Of a stretch of 64,000 nt of DNA, positions 1 to 8,775 are shown one piece after another. The DNA is from Candidatus Latescibacterota bacterium (lineage in GTDB: Bacteria; Latescibacterota; UBA2968; GCA-2709665). The stretch is from assembly GCA_965237675.1 (NCBI GenBank), contig OZ250150.1, positions 4,032,001 to 4,096,000 on the forward strand, given 5' to 3'. Each line of letters starts with the position of its first letter. Position 1 is the first letter of the stretch. A program made the translations under genes and the position numbers. The notes beneath the pieces were generated by a model, which saw only the letters and a program-made list of their open reading frames with translations, had not been told where the DNA came from and did not search any database.

Positions 1-940
1 AGGAACCCGGAGTGGGGCCCGTCGCTTTTAAGACTTCGGTCCGGCTCATCACCATCTTTACGGGCTTGCCGGTCATTCGGGACATCAACGCGGCCGTCGG
101 TTCCTGGTAGACTCGGAACTTGCCCCCGAAACCACCGCCGATCTCTGCGGGTACCACCCGCACGTTCGAAGCGGGCACACCCACCACGTCGGCAACCTGG
201 CCGCGAACCTCGAACGTTCCCTGCGTGCTGGTCCAGATCGTGATCTGACCGTCCAGATTCCAGTGGGCGGTCACGTTGTGGGGTTCGATATAGCCCTGGT
301 GCACCGTCTGGGTGCTGAACTCCCTCTCGACGACGACATCCGCTTCCTCGAATCCCCTATCGATGTTGCCCAGGGAATGCTGGAAATGACTGGCGATATT
401 TCCCGGTTTATCGGTCGCTTGACCCAGGGACTTCATCTTCAACGACTCGTGCAGGAGGGGTGCGCCGGCTTCCATGGCGGGACGGACGTCCATCACAGGA
501 ACCAAGACTTCGTATTCGACGTGGATAAGTGCGAGGGCCTCTTCGGCGATATGCGCAGACGTGGCGGCCACCGCCGCGACCGCGTGGCCCTCGTAAAGCA
601 CCTTGCCGGAAGCCAATACATTTGTAACCAGGTGTGGCAGGCTAACGGACCCCTCCCCGATGTCGGCCACCTTGTCTTCGTAGTGTTGCGCGAGGTCGGC
701 ACCCGTCATCACGGCCTTCACGCCCGCGAGGGCTTCGGCCGCGCGCGTATCGATGGACAGAATACGGGCGTGCGCGTGGGGGCTGCGGAGAGTCTTTCCG
801 ATCAACACGCCGGACGTGTGGGTATCCGCACCGTACTTCGCACGGCCCGTTACCTTATCCATGCCATCGTGGCGGATCGGTCGCGTTCCCACCACATTGT
901 AACTCTCGATGCCAAGATAGTCTTCGGTTTTTGTCGCCAT
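1..940 (-). CDS. Xanthine dehydrogenase/CoxL-family molybdopterin-binding subunit, second paralog (truncated by the window start)
   Basis: Missing from the ORF track. Manual translation from ATG 940 gives MATKTEDYLGIESYNVVGTRPIRHDGMDKVTGRAKYGAD...TVHQGYIEPH...EIGGGFGGK...KATGPTPGS, collinear with the 1002-3281 protein. Confidence 0.93.
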   Translation of the reverse strand, partial: MATKTEDYLGIESYNVVGTRPIRHDGMDKVTGRAKYGADTHTSGVLIGKTLRSPHAHARILSIDTRAAEALAGVKAVMTGADLAQHYEDKVADIGEGSVSLPHLVTNVLASGKVLYEGHAVAAVAATSAHIAEEALALIHVEYEVLVPVMDVRPAMEAGAPLLHESLKMKSLGQATDKPGNIASHFQHSLGNIDRGFEEADVVVEREFSTQTVHQGYIEPHNVTAHWNLDGQITIWTSTQGTFEVRGQVADVVGVPASNVRVVPAEIGGGFGGKFRVYQEPTAALMSRMTGKPVKMVMSRTEVLKATGPTPGS

Positions 941-1001
941 CGTTATCTGATCTCCGGATTTTGCGCGCGGAGCCGTACTCCGGACACGCGCTCGTTGTCA
1001 C

Positions 1002-3281
1002 TTATGAACCGTTTTTACTCCACAACGCCTTCAGAACATTGCCGGGAGACATCGGCAACACGTTCATCCGAACGCCAGCAGCGCGGTAGATGGCATTGGC
1101 CAGCGCCGCCGGGGGCGGCACAATGGGCACCTCTCCGACGCCGCGCACCCCGTAGGGATGGCCGGGATTGGGCACTTCCACAATGATGGTTTCGATCATG
1201 GGAAGGTCCAGGCAGGTCGGCATCCGGTAATCGAGAAGGCTGGCATTGGTCAGCTCGCCCTTCTCGTTGTACCAGTACTCTTCGTTCAGTCCCCATCCGA
1301 TTCCCTGAGCCGCGCCCCCCTGCATCTGGCCCTCGACGTAAGCGGGATGAATGGCCTTGCCTGCATCCTGCACCATGGTCACCCTCAGAATATCCACTTT
1401 GCCCGTATCCGGGTCGGTCTCTACGTCCGCAATCATCATCGAGAATGCCCCCCCAACCCCTTGCGGATCCACGGTCGCACGCCCGACAACCGGCCCACCC
1501 GTCTCGTTAAGTTTCCCTGCCAATTCCTTGAACATCAGTGACTTTGATGGGTCGGACCTGGACTTGAACGTGCCATCCTCAAAAGCCACGTCGTCCGGGG
1601 AGATCTCCCAGTACTTCGCTGCTCGATCGACCATTTGCGCAATGATATCCTGCGCCGCATTGTAGGCAGCCCAGCCCGTTGCGAACGTGACCCTGCTGCC
1701 GCCGGTCACGTCGGTCTCACCCACGCCGTCGGTATCGGCCACGACGGGATTGACGTCTTCCGCCGGAATCCCCAGCGCCTCGGCGAGCTGCATGGCGACC
1801 GAGGTTCTCGTGCCGCCGATATCCGTGGAGCCTTCCACCAGGCTTACGGTGCCGTCGGTATTCACCGACGCGCACGCGCTGGACTTGAGCCCCACGTTGA
1901 ACCAGAAGCCCGAGGCCACCCCCCGGCCCCGGTTTCTGCCCTTCAGAGGCGCGTTGTAGTGGTCGCTTTCCATCGCCGCCTTCAAGACCTCTACGTGACC
2001 AATACGGGGAAACGTGGGTCCGTCCGCACGTCGTGTACCCTCTTTTGCCGTGTTTTTCATTCGGAACTCGAGGGGGTCCTCGCCCAGCCTCTCGCAAAGC
2101 TCGTCTACAATGGTCTCGGAGGCGAAGGCCGCGTTCGTGGCCCCAGGGGCCCTGTAGGCCATCGTCTGCGGCTTATTCACGAGGACATTGTACCCGTCGA
2201 TGGACACATTTTCAATGTCGTATGGCGCGAAAATGCACATCGCGCCGGGTTCGGCCCACGCTCCGGCGAATCCGCCGGACTCGTAGGCCAGATAGGCCTC
2301 GGCGGCCACGAGTTTCCCGTCGTTCGTCGCCCCCATCTTCACCCGTATGTATGACCCGGGCGTCGGCCCCGTGGCCTTGATTACCTCGTCGCGGCTCATG
2401 ACCATTTTAACGGGCTGGCCCGATTTTCTGGACAGAATCGCGGCGACGGGCTCCAGGTAAACCCTGATTTTGCCGCCAAAACCCCCGCCGATTTCGGTGG
2501 GGATCACCCGGACGTTCACGGGCGACATCCGCAGCAGGCCCGCCAGTTGCTCGCGCACCGTGAACGATCCCTGAGTGCTGCACCAGACGGTTAACCGGCC
2601 ATCCGGGTTCCAGAGCGCCGTGGCATTCTGCGGTTCGATGTAACCCTGGTGTACGGTGTCCGTGAAAAACTCCTTCTCGATCACCACATCCGCCACGGCG
2701 AAGCCCTTCTCGATGTCTCCCAGTTTATGCTGAAAGTGCGTGGCGATATTGCTGGGCGTGCCCGTATCTTCGCCCAACGATTGCGTCGTCAGTGTGTCGT
2801 GCAGGCGCGGTGATTCCGGCTTCATGGCCTCCCGCACGTCCAGCAGCGGCTCCAGGACTTCGTATTCCACTTCTATAAGCCCGAGCGCCTCCTCAGCAAT
2901 GTGCGGACTCGTAGCCGCCACGGCAGCCACCGCATGGCCGTCGTAGACCACCTTTCCATCGGCCAGCACGTTTGCCCGCAGGTCCAGCATATTGGCCGCG
3001 CCCTCACCCAGATCCTCGACCTTGTCTTCCGGCACGGGTATATCGGCTACCGTGGCCACAGCCTTCACTCCGCGGAGCGATTCGGCCTTGCCGGTGTCGA
3101 TTGAGACAATGCGCGCGTGGGCGTACGGACTTCGTAACACCTTGCCGGAGATCAGGCCGGACAATTGCACATCCGCTCCGTAAATAGCCCGTCCGGTGAC
3201 CTTGTCGACGCCATCGTGTCTGATGGGCCGCGTGCCCAGCACCTTATAGTCTGTAATTCCAAGAAACGCTTCGCCGGACAT
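1002..3281 (-). CDS. Xanthine dehydrogenase-family molybdopterin-binding large subunit
   Basis: Motifs DKVTGRAIYGAD, HQGYIEP, IGGGFGGK, AYRAPG, VEGQMQGG, RGVGE. The true start MSGEAF (ATG 3281) overlaps the upstream TAA as TAATG; the track's 3638 start lies inside the 2Fe-2S gene. Confidence 0.95.
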   Translation of the reverse strand: MSGEAFLGITDYKVLGTRPIRHDGVDKVTGRAIYGADVQLSGLISGKVLRSPYAHARIVSIDTGKAESLRGVKAVATVADIPVPEDKVEDLGEGAANMLDLRANVLADGKVVYDGHAVAAVAATSPHIAEEALGLIEVEYEVLEPLLDVREAMKPESPRLHDTLTTQSLGEDTGTPSNIATHFQHKLGDIEKGFAVADVVIEKEFFTDTVHQGYIEPQNATALWNPDGRLTVWCSTQGSFTVREQLAGLLRMSPVNVRVIPTEIGGGFGGKIRVYLEPVAAILSRKSGQPVKMVMSRDEVIKATGPTPGSYIRVKMGATNDGKLVAAEAYLAYESGGFAGAWAEPGAMCIFAPYDIENVSIDGYNVLVNKPQTMAYRAPGATNAAFASETIVDELCERLGEDPLEFRMKNTAKEGTRRADGPTFPRIGHVEVLKAAMESDHYNAPLKGRNRGRGVASGFWFNVGLKSSACASVNTDGTVSLVEGSTDIGGTRTSVAMQLAEALGIPAEDVNPVVADTDGVGETDVTGGSRVTFATGWAAYNAAQDIIAQMVDRAAKYWEISPDDVAFEDGTFKSRSDPSKSLMFKELAGKLNETGGPVVGRATVDPQGVGGAFSMMIADVETDPDTGKVDILRVTMVQDAGKAIHPAYVEGQMQGGAAQGIGWGLNEEYWYNEKGELTNASLLDYRMPTCLDLPMIETIIVEVPNPGHPYGVRGVGEVPIVPPPAALANAIYRAAGVRMNVLPMSPGNVLKALWSKNGS

Positions 3282-3763
3282 TACGCCGTCTCCTTCATCG
3301 TTCGGGCGGTGTCTATGACCGCTCTGACGATCTTGTCGTACCCCGTGCACCGGCAAAGATTCCCCGCCAGCCACAGGCGAATCCGGTGCTCGTCGGGGTC
3401 TGGTTCCCGGTCCAGCAGCGCCTTCGCCGCCACGATGAATCCGGGCGTGCATACCCCGCACTGAAGGGCCGCATGCTCCAGGAATTTCTGCTGTAGGGGA
3501 TGCAGCCCCTCGGCGGTGGCCACCCCCTCGATGGTGGTGATGTCGCACCCCTCCGCCTCGACGCCCAGCGCCAGACAGGAGTTGATCACGCGGCCGTCTA
3601 CAATCACGCTGCATGCGCCACAGTTGCCGTTGCCACACCCCTCTTTGGCACCGGTGAGACCCAGGTTGTCGCGAAGCACCTCCAGCAGCGTATCCCGGGG
3701 TTCACACAGAAATTCCGTTTCTTCTCCGTTGATCGTTGTTGTCACATGAACTTTGCCAGCCAT
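3281..3763 (-). CDS. (2Fe-2S)-binding small subunit, CoxS/XdhC family
   Basis: GAKEGCGNGNCGAC, INSC, QCGVCTPG, NLCRCTGY. Start MAGKV with GGAG upstream. Confidence 0.96.
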   Translation of the reverse strand: MAGKVHVTTTINGEETEFLCEPRDTLLEVLRDNLGLTGAKEGCGNGNCGACSVIVDGRVINSCLALGVEAEGCDITTIEGVATAEGLHPLQQKFLEHAALQCGVCTPGFIVAAKALLDREPDPDEHRIRLWLAGNLCRCTGYDKIVRAVIDTARTMKETA

Positions 3764-3816
3764 CGTTTGCGGACTCCTATATTCGCGTATGGGCAGGTGA
3801 TTCAAGAACCCTCGAT

Positions 3817-4686
3817 TTATCTCGCGCGTTCCACCGCACCGCAGACTGCACGCCGGGTCAATACCCCCGTCAGATGTTTCCGCTGCTCAATGGTCCCGCG
3901 CATATCTGTAATGGGTACGGCGGATTGCCGAGCGATCTCGGCTGCCGACTCGATTGTCTGATCAGAAACCTCGTTACCGGCAAGGGCCGTCCCCGCGTCG
4001 GGCAGGTAAAGAGGGATGGGCGCCACCGCGCCCACGGCGATTCGGGCGGACTCGAACGCGTTCTTCTCGGCGTTCAACACCACGGACGCCGCGACGTTGA
4101 CAACGGCGATATCCATTTCGTTCCGGGGAATGAAACGGAGAAAATACGCCCCGGAGTTCGCTGCGGGAGGAGGAAAATGGACGGACACCAGGAACTCGCC
4201 GTCCTCTAAGACGGAGCGCCCGGGAGCCGTGCAGAAGTCCTCCGCAGCGACCTCTCGACCAGCGCCGGGTCCGGCGATTTTCGCGGTCGCCCCAAGGACG
4301 ATCAGCGTGGGTATGGTATCTGCCGCCGGGGACGCATTACACAGGTTTCCGCCGATTGTGGCCCGACCCTGGATCTGGATGGAGCCGATGAGCGCGGTCG
4401 AATCCACGAGCGCCGGGTAATTTGACGCCACATCCTCGTGTTCGTAGATGTCGCAACACGACACCCCGGCGCCGACCGTCAATCCGTGTTGGGAATCGTA
4501 AGAGAGTTCGTTCGCCTCGGGTATCTTTTTGACATCCACCAACACCTTCACCTGCCGTCGACCCTCTTTCAACTGTGCGATAATGTCGGAACCGCCCGCC
4601 AGCATCCTGGCATCCGAGCCATTTTCCGAAAGCACGGCGACGGCTTCGTCGACGGATTGGGGCGCTACGTAATCGAACGCTTGCAA
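3817..4686 (-). CDS. FAD-binding medium subunit, CoxM/XdhB family
   Basis: LAGGSD, ATIGGNLCNASPAAD, PITDMRGT. TTG start preceded by GGAGG. Confidence 0.95.
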   Translation of the reverse strand: MQAFDYVAPQSVDEAVAVLSENGSDARMLAGGSDIIAQLKEGRRQVKVLVDVKKIPEANELSYDSQHGLTVGAGVSCCDIYEHEDVASNYPALVDSTALIGSIQIQGRATIGGNLCNASPAADTIPTLIVLGATAKIAGPGAGREVAAEDFCTAPGRSVLEDGEFLVSVHFPPPAANSGAYFLRFIPRNEMDIAVVNVAASVVLNAEKNAFESARIAVGAVAPIPLYLPDAGTALAGNEVSDQTIESAAEIARQSAVPITDMRGTIEQRKHLTGVLTRRAVCGAVERAR

Positions 4687-4755
4687 AGTTCTTCCTCCTG
4701 TACGTTGTTGGGATATCCTTCAGCCGGTATCAAAAAGTGATGCGGATCGCGGGTA

Positions 4756-4784
4756 AGAATAAGCCTTCATCGCCCTGTTGTCAA
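4756..4784 (-). promoter_or_regulatory. Sigma70-type promoter of the molybdoenzyme operon
   Basis: TTGACA-17 nt-TATTCT on the minus strand, about 70 nt upstream of the FAD-subunit start. Confidence 0.6.
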
Positions 4785-4863
4785 GGGTTTTTGGGGCGCA
4801 TTCCTCAGCCGCTTTCTCGACATGTGTCCGTGGGTTGAATCTCGGTATGCCTGCGCGACGGGA

Positions 4864-5964
4864 TTACCTGTAACCCCCGTCGAGTGGAGCGGTCGAGGCG
4901 CCTGTTTTCGGCCGTTTTGCGCAGAGGACGGTGTATCCGAAACGTGACCCCAGCCGCTCTACGGACCCGAAGGTGCGTTTCATCTGACGATAATACATCC
5001 CGGGGCGCATCGCCACGGCTATGAATCGGCCCTTCGAGTCCAGGTGGCGGGCGGCGCCTTGCGCAAACATGCGGGCCGTCGCGGTGCCCTGATGGGTGGG
5101 CGCATTGCACAGGACGAGGTCAAAGCAGCGCCCTGAAACGGCTTCAAAACCGTCACTGAGGACGACCCTGGCGTTCGTAAAACCATTGAGGATGATATTT
5201 CGTTTCGCGCAGCGGATTGCCAGCAGGCTCGCATCCAGGAGCATGACCTCGCGCGCCCGCCGGGCGGCTGCGATGCCAATTGCTCCGTATCCGCATCCGA
5301 GATCAAGCACGCGATCACCCGGCTGAACTTCCGCCGTTTCAATCAGGAATCGAGTACCCGGGTCCAGCCCGTCACTCGAAAATACGCCTGGCACGGCCTC
5401 GAATGCACAGGCCCCTCCCGGAAAATCGGCAACCTCGAACGCACGAACCGTATTCAGCGGTTCCGCGCCCGCCTCGGCAACAATCTTGTACGACAGGTAG
5501 ATCCGGAATCCGGATTTTCCCTCCGCCCTCTCTACGCGCCCAAAAACCGCCTCCAACCGCTTCCTGTAGCTCTCCACACCGGCACCCCGCCTTCCGGCCA
5601 GAAGGAACCGGCCGCGTATCGCCATTTTGTGAAAGGCGGCGTCGATGAGTTCGAACACCCGCGCCTTGGCCGACCACCGGGCAGGACCGTAGACCACAAC
5701 GTCAAATGGCGCCCCCGAGACGTCTGCAGGAGAGGCCTCGAGCGACGTGCGCACATTGCACGACGCCTTGCGCAGGATCATGTCCTCACATAATCTCACT
5801 GCACGCAGATCGGAACTCACAAAGTGGACCCCGGCGGTGCTCAGGTCAAGCCCTACGGGAAGCCCGGCCATTCCCAGGTCCAGAACACGTTCGTGTGTTT
5901 GGACCGCCGCGGCCACCAGCAACGCAGACGCTTCCTGACCCTGGGGTCTGTGCGATCTTCCCAT
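4864..5964 (-). CDS. Class I SAM methyltransferase, RsmC/RlmG-like, two domains
   Basis: PGVFSSDGLDPGT, VLDLGCGYGAIG and CNAPTH at the NPPF position; degenerate N-terminal MTase repeat. Start uncertain (ATG 5964). Confidence 0.8.
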   Translation of the reverse strand: MGRSHRPQGQEASALLVAAAVQTHERVLDLGMAGLPVGLDLSTAGVHFVSSDLRAVRLCEDMILRKASCNVRTSLEASPADVSGAPFDVVVYGPARWSAKARVFELIDAAFHKMAIRGRFLLAGRRGAGVESYRKRLEAVFGRVERAEGKSGFRIYLSYKIVAEAGAEPLNTVRAFEVADFPGGACAFEAVPGVFSSDGLDPGTRFLIETAEVQPGDRVLDLGCGYGAIGIAAARRAREVMLLDASLLAIRCAKRNIILNGFTNARVVLSDGFEAVSGRCFDLVLCNAPTHQGTATARMFAQGAARHLDSKGRFIAVAMRPGMYYRQMKRTFGSVERLGSRFGYTVLCAKRPKTGASTAPLDGGYR

Positions 5965-6149
5965 CAGTCTTTCCTTCCGAATTCGCCACACGACAAAAAA
6001 GAATGTCAGCGATTGGCGGTCAGACCGCCAATCCAATCCTCAGCAAGGACGCAAGACGCGAAACACGGACCACGTTCAGGCAACCGGTGTTCCTCTGTGC
6101 GATCCCTGGTAGCCGAAATGCCTTCGTTCGTGTAGTCAAGGCGGCGAGT

Positions 6150-6968
6150 TCACCCGCTGCGCTTCAGACGTCCCGTCCGCTTGGCGTAGACCTCTGCGAC
6201 GTGAAAAACCCAGAGCCCCAGGGGGACCATGATTGCGCCCGACACCACCAGAATAATGAGATCGCCCTGCACGTCGGCCACGCTGGCGTTGTTCAGCAAG
6301 GCCCTCCGGATGGACCGAAGCGCATAGGTCCCGGGCGAAAAAGTCGATAGTGGCCGCAGCCAGTCGGGCAGAACCGATACATCGTAGTACACCCCGGAAA
6401 TCAGAAGCACGAAGGTGCCGAAAATGTCGGTTGCGCGCGCGCCTTTCTCCGGGGAAAGAAGCGGAAATACGGCCGCCATGAGCCCCATTCCCAGAAACGA
6501 GAGACTGGCGGTCGCCAGAACAGCGACCGCTGTGGTAAGGTTCGCATCCGAAAGGCTCAGATCAAAGAACGACACCGCCGACACGAGGACCACGCCCGAT
6601 CTCAAGAAACCGTAGATGATGGCATACACGCATTGGCCGGCGAGGTGGGTCAGCCGGTAGACAGGCGACATGAATGTATATTCGATGGTCCCTTCCCAGC
6701 GCTCCCACGCCACGGCGTCGGCGACTTCGAAGAAGAGCAGTCGAAGAAAGTTCCACAGCACGGCACCCACGATCAGAAAAAGCACCGCCTCACGTACCTT
6801 TACCGGGTCGTTTCCGCCCATATACACGCCGATCAAACCGATGGTAAGCGCGTGTACCACGTTCCAGACCACAAAAATCAGTTCCCAGCTTGCGTACCGC
6901 CTCGCCAGGTTGAAATTCCTTTCGATAAATGCTACAGACGCTCTGATCTCGGCGGTCACCGAGTTCAT
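6150..6968 (-). CDS. ABC-2 type exporter permease
   Basis: Six hydrophobic segments, ERWEGTIE and SGVYYDVSVLPDWLR motifs; ATGA overlap with the ATPase gene. Confidence 0.9.
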   Translation of the reverse strand: MNSVTAEIRASVAFIERNFNLARRYASWELIFVVWNVVHALTIGLIGVYMGGNDPVKVREAVLFLIVGAVLWNFLRLLFFEVADAVAWERWEGTIEYTFMSPVYRLTHLAGQCVYAIIYGFLRSGVVLVSAVSFFDLSLSDANLTTAVAVLATASLSFLGMGLMAAVFPLLSPEKGARATDIFGTFVLLISGVYYDVSVLPDWLRPLSTFSPGTYALRSIRRALLNNASVADVQGDLIILVVSGAIMVPLGLWVFHVAEVYAKRTGRLKRSG

Positions 6969-7864
6969 TCCTCGTCTCCTTCCGTTTCGCTTTCCAAATC
7001 CGCGTGAACAAGATCCGTGCCGGTCATCTTGATAAACACGTCCTCCAGGCTACCGTCCTCGCATCCGGCGCGGACCTTCAGTTCGTCGACCGTGCCCACG
7101 GCGATAATTCTACCGTGATGGATGATGGACACCCGATTGCATACCCTCTCGGCCTCTTCCATGTCGTGCGTGGTTAACAGGACGGTGGCTTCGTGGCGTT
7201 CTCGGATCCCCATCACATAGTCCTGAACCTGCCGTTTGGAGACCGGATCCAATCCTGTCGTCGGCTCATCCATCAGAAGCAGCACCGGCGACGTGAACAG
7301 CGCACGGGCGACCGCCACCTTCTGTTGCATGCCTCTTGACATGTCCTCCATCGGCTGGTCCAGCCTGTCGTCTCCGAAACCCATTTCCGCCAGGATCGCC
7401 TCGGCCTTTCTGCGCCCCTCGCGCACCGGAACACCGTACAACCTGGCCGCGTAACTCAGGTTCTCCCACGCCGAGAGTTTCTTGAAAAAGGCCGCGTCCA
7501 CGGACACGCGGTTGATGAAATGCTTCACCCGCATCGCATCCCTTTCAACGTGCAGCCCGAAGATCCGGGCTTCGCCGCCATCGGGAATGACCAGGGTTGA
7601 GAGAATGCGAATCAGCGTTGACTTACCCGATCCGTTGGGCCCAAGAATACCGAAAATCTCCCCGCGCCGCACCTCGAACCCTACCCGATCCACAGCCCTG
7701 ATTTCCATGCGCCCCCGCCTGAAACGGCCCCAGAAGCCATTTTTCCGGTCCATCCCTTTGGCCGGCACCCTGAACACCTTGGTCAGATCCTTCGTCTGCA
7801 CGGCCGGCGCGTCCAAATCGATTTCCAACGCGGTTTTTCCTTTCTCGGAGGCGGTCGCTGTCAT
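6965..7864 (-). CDS. ABC transporter ATP-binding protein (DrrA-like)
   Basis: Walker A GPNGSGKS, signature MSRGM, LLMDEPTTGLD, TTH switch. Confidence 0.95.
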   Translation of the reverse strand: MTATASEKGKTALEIDLDAPAVQTKDLTKVFRVPAKGMDRKNGFWGRFRRGRMEIRAVDRVGFEVRRGEIFGILGPNGSGKSTLIRILSTLVIPDGGEARIFGLHVERDAMRVKHFINRVSVDAAFFKKLSAWENLSYAARLYGVPVREGRRKAEAILAEMGFGDDRLDQPMEDMSRGMQQKVAVARALFTSPVLLLMDEPTTGLDPVSKRQVQDYVMGIRERHEATVLLTTHDMEEAERVCNRVSIIHHGRIIAVGTVDELKVRAGCEDGSLEDVFIKMTGTDLVHADLESETEGDEE

Positions 7865-8186
7865 ACTTCAATCTCCAATCGCCAGACAGCGAAAAAAGCG
7901 GATTGCTCCGGGCTTACGATGGTCAAGAAAAAACCCACGACGGTACGGAAACCGGTTGGAAATGACAATGGATGCGCATTCGCGCATCCCGGTGGGAAAC
8001 CGACCTCGATCCACCAACACAGTCCGACCGCTCCACACACGCCTTCAGCAGCGTTTCCATTAAAGAAAGCGTTGCTCTCTGCCCCCGGGAAAGCCCAATG
8101 TACTTCCGTCGACGGCGTGCGGCCGGCACCCGGGTCTACAACTGAAACACCCATCTAAAGTTCGCCCTCAGAACGCGATTGCGCGC

Positions 8187-8624
8187 TCAACGTGCCTTCT
8201 GGCCTTCGTAGGAATTCTCCTCCGTGACGTCCGTGGATACCGGCAGTCCCGAATCTCGCCAACCCGAAATTTCCACCATTCCAGTTCCGGGATTTACCTT
8301 GCCTCCGAACCCACCGACTACATTCGCGACATTCGTGTACCCGGACTTTTCGAGCATCTCCGCCGCATATTGGGAGCGGATGCCCGCCTGACATCCACAG
8401 TAGATTCGCTTGTCGATGGGCAGCACACGTTCCACCACCGCCTGAAAATCCGGGTTGGGCATCATGCCACCTGCCGGACTCTGAAAAGCCACAGGAATAT
8501 TGATTGCGCCCTCGGCGTGCCCATGGGCAAATTCCGATTCCGTCCGCACATCGAGATAAACCGCATCCGCATCGGCGTCCATTCCCGCTTTCGCATCTGC
8601 GGGCAATAGCTGCTCGATTGGCAT
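8187..8624 (-). CDS. Rhodanese-like domain protein
   Basis: YLDVRTESEFAHGHAEGAINIP; active-site loop CQAGIRS; GGAGG upstream. Confidence 0.9.
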   Translation of the reverse strand: MPIEQLLPADAKAGMDADADAVYLDVRTESEFAHGHAEGAINIPVAFQSPAGGMMPNPDFQAVVERVLPIDKRIYCGCQAGIRSQYAAEMLEKSGYTNVANVVGGFGGKVNPGTGMVEISGWRDSGLPVSTDVTEENSYEGQKAR

Positions 8625-8775
8625 ATTTGAATCCCTCCGGTAATCCTCGACCCGGGTCGCAACCAGAGCGCCCGGCCGAAACGACCGCGGCGCTCGGATG
8701 GCGTCTCACGATCTTGTGAGTTGCGGCTACTTCAAATATAGGCCGTTCTACCCCGCTCCGCAAGTATCTCAACTT

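Noticed and set aside
263-1186. 307-aa plus-strand ORF
   Set aside because: Antisense shadow of the minus-strand Mo-subunit gene at 1-940.
3282-3638. N-terminal extension of the 878-aa ORF suggesting an Fe-S/Mo fusion
   Set aside because: Alternative frame over the 2Fe-2S gene; the real start is ATG 3281 with TAATG coupling.
1002-4686. Aerobic CO dehydrogenase (coxMSL)
   Set aside because: The active-site loop is AYRAPG rather than AYxCSFR or AYxGAGR, and no cox accessory genes are visible.
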